A DNA stretch of 64,000 nucleotides from Candidatus Latescibacterota bacterium (GTDB taxonomy: Bacteria > Latescibacterota > UBA2968): positions 3,200,001 through 3,264,000 of the forward strand of contig OZ241986.1 in the NCBI GenBank assembly GCA_965204375.1. Direction: 5' to 3'. Under the pieces are notes generated by a model. It ran no database searches, was not told the DNA's origin, and saw only the letters and a list, made by a program, of their open reading frames with translations. Positions 58,621 through 64,000 of the stretch are shown piece by piece. The first letter of the stretch is position 1. Each line of letters begins with the position of its first letter. The position numbers were made by a program, and so were the translations under genes.

Positions 58621-59913
58621 GCCGGCCTCCAGTTCGCCGGAGCGGTGAAGGTCGCCCAGGGTTTCGCCGGTAATGTTGTCGAGCATTGGCAAAAGCGTAT
58701 TACGACTCGCGGGACGATGCCACACGACCTTTGCGTCATATATATCCCGCGCCATCACGGCTACATCACCTATCTCAAAACAGTTGAGCAAGTCCGGGCT
58801 ATGCGTCGTCACGAGCACCTGGGTGCGCTCAGCCGCTAACTTGATCATTTCTGCCACAATCGGCAACAGGCCGGGATGCAAGCCCAATTCCGGTTCGTCA
58901 ATCGCCACCAAGAGTGGAGGGTGCGGATCCAATAGGGCAGTCGCCAAGCAAAGGAATCGCAGCATACCGTCCGACAACTCCCACAACTCCATAGAGCGGG
59001 ACATGCCCTTCTCTCGCACCCTGACGAGCACTTGTGCTGGCGTTCCATACGTGGTATCACAATGAATTTCCTCAAATGCAGGATAGGCTACGCGCAGAAA
59101 ATCGCGTAACTCTTCTGCTGATGAACGGTAATCATATCGGGTCAGGATTTCGTGTAGCACGGTACCCAAATTGTCGCCGTTAGTCGATAATGCTGTAACC
59201 GGTCTGATATCGGCGGCCCTGGTGCGGAGCGCGGAAGACCGTGTTACATCGAAACCCGGATAGAACGCCATGTTTGCCAATAGAACGCGTACCCAGGAGG
59301 GAATGGGAAACTCGTTGAAGAATCGGATTTGTGAAAGCAACAACGCAGGCTCCTGTTGTACTGATTGCAGCAGACCGCTTTTTGAGGTGGCTTCCACCGA
59401 ATCGGACTCGCGGACAGCATCAGGGGAAGATTGTGCTTCATCAAACGGTACCAATTGACGTCGTTTTCTGTCAAATATGCGTCGTTGATCCGGAGTTGCT
59501 TCCAGTAATGTGGAGGAATCGCCATATCCTTGCATTGGTTCTCGATACCTGAGAACCTCGTATTGCGGGTACATCTGGCTCTGTGCATCGGCCTGGAGAA
59601 CGACCTCGTACACCAAGGACTGTCCCTTTTCCAATGGAACAGTATTCCACGGAATCGCCGCGGACTTATGAAAAGTGATCTTCCAAGTCAACCGTCGATT
59701 TTCGTTCCCTACTGTAAGAAGAGAGGCTGTCCCCCCTTGCCAACTCATTGCGGCATTTACCGGTACCGTGTTACACCGAGCAATCAGTTCTAAGCAACTA
59801 ATTAGCGTGCTCTTGCCAACGGCATTCGCCCCTATAACTACTGTTAGCTGTGTGAGATCGGCCTCAAACTCGTCGAGAAGCCGGTAGCCCCCGATCTCGA
59901 TTTGTGTAATCAT
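58609..59913 (-). CDS. AAA_21-type ABC ATPase (TA/defence associated)
   Basis: VIGANAVGKST, LSDGMLRF, IDEPELGLHP, TQVLVTTHSP. Confidence 0.9.
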   Translation of the reverse strand: MITQIEIGGYRLLDEFEADLTQLTVVIGANAVGKSTLISCLELIARCNTVPVNAAMSWQGGTASLLTVGNENRRLTWKITFHKSAAIPWNTVPLEKGQSLVYEVVLQADAQSQMYPQYEVLRYREPMQGYGDSSTLLEATPDQRRIFDRKRRQLVPFDEAQSSPDAVRESDSVEATSKSGLLQSVQQEPALLLSQIRFFNEFPIPSWVRVLLANMAFYPGFDVTRSSALRTRAADIRPVTALSTNGDNLGTVLHEILTRYDYRSSAEELRDFLRVAYPAFEEIHCDTTYGTPAQVLVRVREKGMSRSMELWELSDGMLRFLCLATALLDPHPPLLVAIDEPELGLHPGLLPIVAEMIKLAAERTQVLVTTHSPDLLNCFEIGDVAVMARDIYDAKVVWHRPASRNTLLPMLDNITGETLGDLHRSGELEAGAFS

Positions 59914-59982
59914 GATTTATTACCCTATTTTTACCGGGACATGCCTGTATTTGCTTTCAGTCTTCAGATTCTTGTTTTGCTT

Positions 59983-60013
59983 CCCCTTCGTGTCCTTCGT
60001 GCCCTTCGTGGAT
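59983..60013 (+). repeat. 9-bp tandem repeat (CCTTCGTGT family), copy of 22785-22815
   Basis: ccccttcgtgtccttcgtgcccttcgtggat, 29/31 identical to the other copy. Confidence 0.85.
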
Positions 60014-60018
60014 ATCCA

Positions 60019-61191
60019 TCAAAACAACGCGCGTTTGACATTGCGAACAGCCTGGCGGATTCGGTGTTCATTTTCGACCAGAGAAATGCGTACATATCCC
60101 TCGCCCATATCGCCAAAACCAATACCGGGAGAAACCGCGACTTCGGCCTCTTCCATGAGCTTGAGGGAAAAATTCATAGAACCGAGATACCGATACTTTT
60201 CTGGAATAGGCGCCCAAACAAACATCGACGCTTTGGGCTTATTGACGGGCCACCCAATGCGATTGAGGCCTTCTACCAGCGTATCCCTGCGGCTCTGATA
60301 CCTGGCGGCTGATTCCCGCACGCAGTCTTGTGGACCATCAAGCGCGGAAATTGCGGCGACCTGGATGGGGGTAAAAACGCCGTAGTCATAGTAATTTTTG
60401 ATCACGGAAAGCGCTTTAATCACCTCCGGATTTCCGAGGCAAAACCCCACGCGCCAACCAGCCATATTGTAGGACTTGGACATCGTGTAAAATTCAACCC
60501 CCACATCTTTGGCACCCTTAACCTGTAAAAGACTGGGCACCACAGTGTCGTCAAACGCGATATCCGAATACGCCATATCGTGAATAACAATGATATTTTG
60601 ACGGCGGGCAAAAGCCACGATCTCCTCAAAAAAAGAAATATCGACAGTAGCTGTGGTGGGATTGTGGGGAAAATTAAAAATCATCACTTTGGGTTTGGGC
60701 CACAATTCCCGCGGGATCATTTGCAGATCGGGCACAAATTCTTTTTCCGGACGCAATGGCAAGCTGAAAACATTGCCATTGGCAATCGCAACACCATAAA
60801 GATGCAGAGGATATGCCGGATTTGGCACAATGGCGAGATCGCCCGGATCGAGAAGCGCGAGACAAATATGCGCCAGTCCCTCTTTCGAGCCAATCGTGAC
60901 AATCGCTTCTGTTTCCGGATCGAGATCAACGTCAAAACGGCGTTTGTAATGGCGACAAATCGCCCGCCTCAACGCTGGAAGGCCCGCCGATGGCGAATAC
61001 CCATGCGTCTTGGGGTCGCGAACAACTTCGGTGAGTTTATCAATAATATGTGGCGGTGTCGGCTGGTCGGGATTGCCCATGCCCAGATCAATAATATCAA
61101 CACCCTTGCGCCGCAGATACATCTTGCGGGCATTGACCTCGTGAAAAACATAGGGCGGCAAGCGTTCAATGCGGCGAGAATTGATTTGCAT
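60019..61191 (-). CDS. Class I/II aminotransferase (AlaC / LL-DAP aminotransferase-like)
   Basis: [50 protein letters not shown]. Confidence 0.92.
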   Translation of the reverse strand: MQINSRRIERLPPYVFHEVNARKMYLRRKGVDIIDLGMGNPDQPTPPHIIDKLTEVVRDPKTHGYSPSAGLPALRRAICRHYKRRFDVDLDPETEAIVTIGSKEGLAHICLALLDPGDLAIVPNPAYPLHLYGVAIANGNVFSLPLRPEKEFVPDLQMIPRELWPKPKVMIFNFPHNPTTATVDISFFEEIVAFARRQNIIVIHDMAYSDIAFDDTVVPSLLQVKGAKDVGVEFYTMSKSYNMAGWRVGFCLGNPEVIKALSVIKNYYDYGVFTPIQVAAISALDGPQDCVRESAARYQSRRDTLVEGLNRIGWPVNKPKASMFVWAPIPEKYRYLGSMNFSLKLMEEAEVAVSPGIGFGDMGEGYVRISLVENEHRIRQAVRNVKRALF

Positions 61192-61211
61192 ACAATACTC
61201 TTTGAAAAAGG

Positions 61212-62792
61212 TCACTCAACGACGATGATGCCATCGAGCAGCAATTTATAAGTCAAACTATCGACCAGTGCGGTCCAACTGGCTTCGATAATATTTTCAG
61301 ATACACCCACAGTACTCCACACGCGCCGCCGGTCAGAAGACTCGATCAGCACCCTTATTTTGGCTGCTGTGCCTTTGGCACTGGATAACACGCGCACTTT
61401 GTAGTCTTCCAGGCGCACATCTTTAAGCGTGGGATACATGCTTTCAAGTGCCCGGCGCAAAGCCGAGTCAAGGGCATTAACCGGGCCATTGCCTTCGCCA
61501 ACCGTGTGGTAGATCTCTCCTTCGATATCTATTTTCACAATAGCTTCTACTTCAGAGCCTTCAGCACTGTTGCGATTGAACGTCCTGTAACTGATGAGCT
61601 TGAACGGTCTGCGAATACTACCCAATATCTGGCGGGCAATAATTTCAAACGACGCTTCAGCGGCTTCAAAAACATAGCCCTCGTGTTCGAGTTGCTTAAT
61701 TCTTTGCAGCAATTTTTGGACCGTTGGATGGCGTTTGTCCAGACCCGGAATCAAATGGTCCAATTTTGCTGCAACAGCCCCGCCGCCCGATTGTTCCGAA
61801 AGAAGAAAACGGCGCTGATTGCCCACAGATTCTGCATCGCAGTGTTCATACGCCACGGGTTGTTTGAGCATGGCATCTACGTGAACACCCGCTTTGTGTG
61901 CAAAAGCACTCTCGCCCACATAAGGTTGGCGGTGGTCGTGATAGACATTGGCTATCTCGCTGACAAAACGCGATAATTCCATCAGTCTTTTCAGATTTTT
62001 CGCGCCAATAGCTGTCTTCCCCAGCTTAAATTCAATATTTGGAATCACTGAACACAGGTTGGCATTGCCACAGCGTTCCCCATATCCATTGATAGTCCCC
62101 TGCACATGCGTGGCACCCATTTCGAGTGCGACAATGCTATTGGCCACAGCCATACCCGCGTCATTGTGCGTGTGAATGCCCAAAGGCACATCGAGCCTGG
62201 GTTGAATAGCACTGATAATCTCCTGTACCTGATACGGCATTGCGCCGCCATTGGTATCGCACAAGACGAGTATCTCTGCCCCGCCTTCTTGTGCTGTCAA
62301 CAAAGTTTCCAGCGCGTATTCGGGATCGGCTTTATAACCGTCGAAAAAGTGTTCGGCATCGTAAATAACTTCGCGGCCGTTTTCCTTGAGCCAGGCGCAG
62401 GAATCCCTGATAATTTGCAGATTTTCGTCCAGTGTTGCCCGCAAAACATCCGTCACGTGAAGCGTCCAGCTTTTCCCGAAGAGCGTGATAACCTCTGTTC
62501 CTGCCTTGAGCAAAGTGGTAAGAGTGGGATCGTCTTCGGGCGGATTGTCAACCCTGCATGTACTGCCAAAAGCGACAATTTTGGTATTGTGAAATTCGAG
62601 ATCGCGCACGCGGTCAAAAAATTCGAGATCCTTGGGATTCGTTGGATTGGGCCAACCGCCTTCAACATAGTGAATGCCCATCGCATCGAGATGCTGTGCA
62701 ATCATGGTTTTGTCTTCAGCCGAAAACGAAATACCCTCGGCCTGCGCGCCGTCTCGAAGGGTCGAATCGTAGATTTGTACAAGTTCAGACAT
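61212..62792 (-). CDS. cimA: Citramalate synthase
   Basis: [69 protein letters not shown]. Confidence 0.93.
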   Translation of the reverse strand: MSELVQIYDSTLRDGAQAEGISFSAEDKTMIAQHLDAMGIHYVEGGWPNPTNPKDLEFFDRVRDLEFHNTKIVAFGSTCRVDNPPEDDPTLTTLLKAGTEVITLFGKSWTLHVTDVLRATLDENLQIIRDSCAWLKENGREVIYDAEHFFDGYKADPEYALETLLTAQEGGAEILVLCDTNGGAMPYQVQEIISAIQPRLDVPLGIHTHNDAGMAVANSIVALEMGATHVQGTINGYGERCGNANLCSVIPNIEFKLGKTAIGAKNLKRLMELSRFVSEIANVYHDHRQPYVGESAFAHKAGVHVDAMLKQPVAYEHCDAESVGNQRRFLLSEQSGGGAVAAKLDHLIPGLDKRHPTVQKLLQRIKQLEHEGYVFEAAEASFEIIARQILGSIRRPFKLISYRTFNRNSAEGSEVEAIVKIDIEGEIYHTVGEGNGPVNALDSALRRALESMYPTLKDVRLEDYKVRVLSSAKGTAAKIRVLIESSDRRRVWSTVGVSENIIEASWTALVDSLTYKLLLDGIIVVE

Positions 62793-62928
62793 GTGATTTC
62801 CTCTGGTTTGGGGTCAAAAAAGAGCGGTCATGCAAAACGATCCAACTCCCAAACCAATGGCCTCCGGGCAACGAGTGCCCGGATAATATCTCCTGCCTGT
62901 TCGCATGTGAGAATGCATAATAACTCGC

Positions 62929-62953
62929 AAAAAAGCCCGCGAGATGCGGGCGT
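62929..62953 (-). terminator. Intrinsic terminator after leuD
   Basis: Minus strand GCCCGC-atctc-GCGGGC-TTTTTT immediately after the leuD stop. Confidence 0.7.
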
Positions 62954-62961
62954 AAAAAAGG

Positions 62962-63555
62962 TTAAAAGCCCGTAACATAGGGAAGTTTATTGGCAACCTC
63001 CCGCACCGCATCGCGGCCTTCGAGAAGCATACCCGTCGCATCCCACGCGCCTTCGATAAGTTGGAGCCGATTGCCTTCTGCAATTTGGAGATCGACTTCT
63101 ATATCGCCAAATGTCAATTTTTTTTCTGTTAAATCAACAGTCATTTCCCGTTGTGGGTCTGCTTCGGCCGCGTCCTGAATTTTGACAATATCCCCGGTCG
63201 AAGCCGTCAGACAAGGCACGCCCATAGCCGTGCAATTGCCCAGAAAAATCTCGGCAAAAGATTCGCCTACAATGGCTACAATTCCCCAGCGCATCAGCGC
63301 CTGGGGCGCGTGTTCTCTCGAAGACCCACACCCGAAATTGCCATTGGCAATAAGGATGGACGCGCCCTGATAGCGCGGATCATCAAATGGGTGATCGGGA
63401 TTTGATTTGCGGTCGTCTTCAAACGCGTGCTCACCCAGGCCGTCAAACGTAATAGCGCGAAGATATCGCGCGGGAATAATGCGATCGGTATCGATGTCAT
63501 TTCCCCGAACGGGAATCGCGCGTCCTTCTACCTGCTGGATTACAGATGAATTCAT
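62962..63555 (-). CDS. leuD: 3-isopropylmalate dehydratase small subunit
   Basis: NDIDTDRIIPARYL, NFGCGSSREHAPQAL, SFAEIF. Confidence 0.96.
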   Translation of the reverse strand: MNSSVIQQVEGRAIPVRGNDIDTDRIIPARYLRAITFDGLGEHAFEDDRKSNPDHPFDDPRYQGASILIANGNFGCGSSREHAPQALMRWGIVAIVGESFAEIFLGNCTAMGVPCLTASTGDIVKIQDAAEADPQREMTVDLTEKKLTFGDIEVDLQIAEGNRLQLIEGAWDATGMLLEGRDAVREVANKLPYVTGF

Positions 63556-63568
63556 AAATAACCTTCCT

Positions 63569-64000
63569 TCACATAGCGCGTACGTCAATAACCTCACCGG
63601 CGACGGCCGCGGCTGCAACCATTGCGGGACTCATCAAGAGCGTGCGCCCCGTGGGGCTGCCCTGACGCCCTTTGAAATTGCGATTGCTCGACGACGCGCA
63701 CACTTCGCGTCCCTGCAATTTGTCGGGATTCATAGCCAAACACATCGAACACCCCGCACCGCGCCATTCAAAGCCCGCATCTTCAAAAACGTGGTGCAAG
63801 CCTTCCGCCTCGGCAGTCTTGAGAACGGATTTAGACCCCGGCACGACCAGCGCTTTGACGCCATCGGCCACCTTGTGGCCCTCAACAACTCTGGCAGCTT
63901 CTCTGAGATCGGAAATGCGACTATTAGTACACGACCCCACAAAAGCCACGTCAATAGGCATACCAGATATGGCCGTACCCGGTTTCAAGTCCATATAATC
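63569..64000 (-). CDS. leuC: 3-isopropylmalate dehydratase large subunit (5' part outside the window)
   Basis: [40 protein letters not shown]. Confidence 0.96.
   Translation of the reverse strand, partial: DYMDLKPGTAISGMPIDVAFVGSCTNSRISDLREAARVVEGHKVADGVKALVVPGSKSVLKTAEAEGLHHVFEDAGFEWRGAGCSMCLAMNPDKLQGREVCASSSNRNFKGRQGSPTGRTLLMSPAMVAAAAVAGEVIDVRAM

Overview
Bacterial chromosome segment of moderate GC. Four cytoplasmic sulfatases, two PhyH-type dioxygenases and proteins with paired EF-hand/dockerin-like tags suggest a Latescibacterota-like (possibly sponge-associated) lineage; this is inference only. 1-31.6 kb: ppk1 (5'-partial), catabolic genes, metal and sugar transporters, and a frameshifted sugar-binding protein. 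31.6-45.1 kb: a defence/TA island directly downstream of gatB. It carries a HEPN protein, a type III R-M system, a putAbiC protein, a stand-alone OLD-like ATPase-TOPRIM nuclease, a reversed hicB-hicA-like pair, a nucleotidyltransferase + XRE-ImmA module with a palindromic operator, two hicB relics and a 351-bp sulfatase duplication. Top observation: the type III Mod methyltransferase carries an in-frame C-terminal 44-aa antitoxin-like tail, and a RelE toxin gene is wedged between mod and res with near-zero spacing, i.e. a candidate toxin-guarded type III R-M system. 45-64 kb: housekeeping genes (gatB, gatA, tatA, pssA, htrA-like, truA, comEC, accA, argJ, cimA, leuD, partial leuC), a probable 6S RNA not visible in the ORF track, and an AAA ATPase + 5'-deleted DUF4276-like pair. 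Several families of short intergenic tandem and palindromic repeats recur. No rRNA, tRNA, CRISPR array, transposase or integrase was seen. All family assignments are by motif recognition, without database searches.
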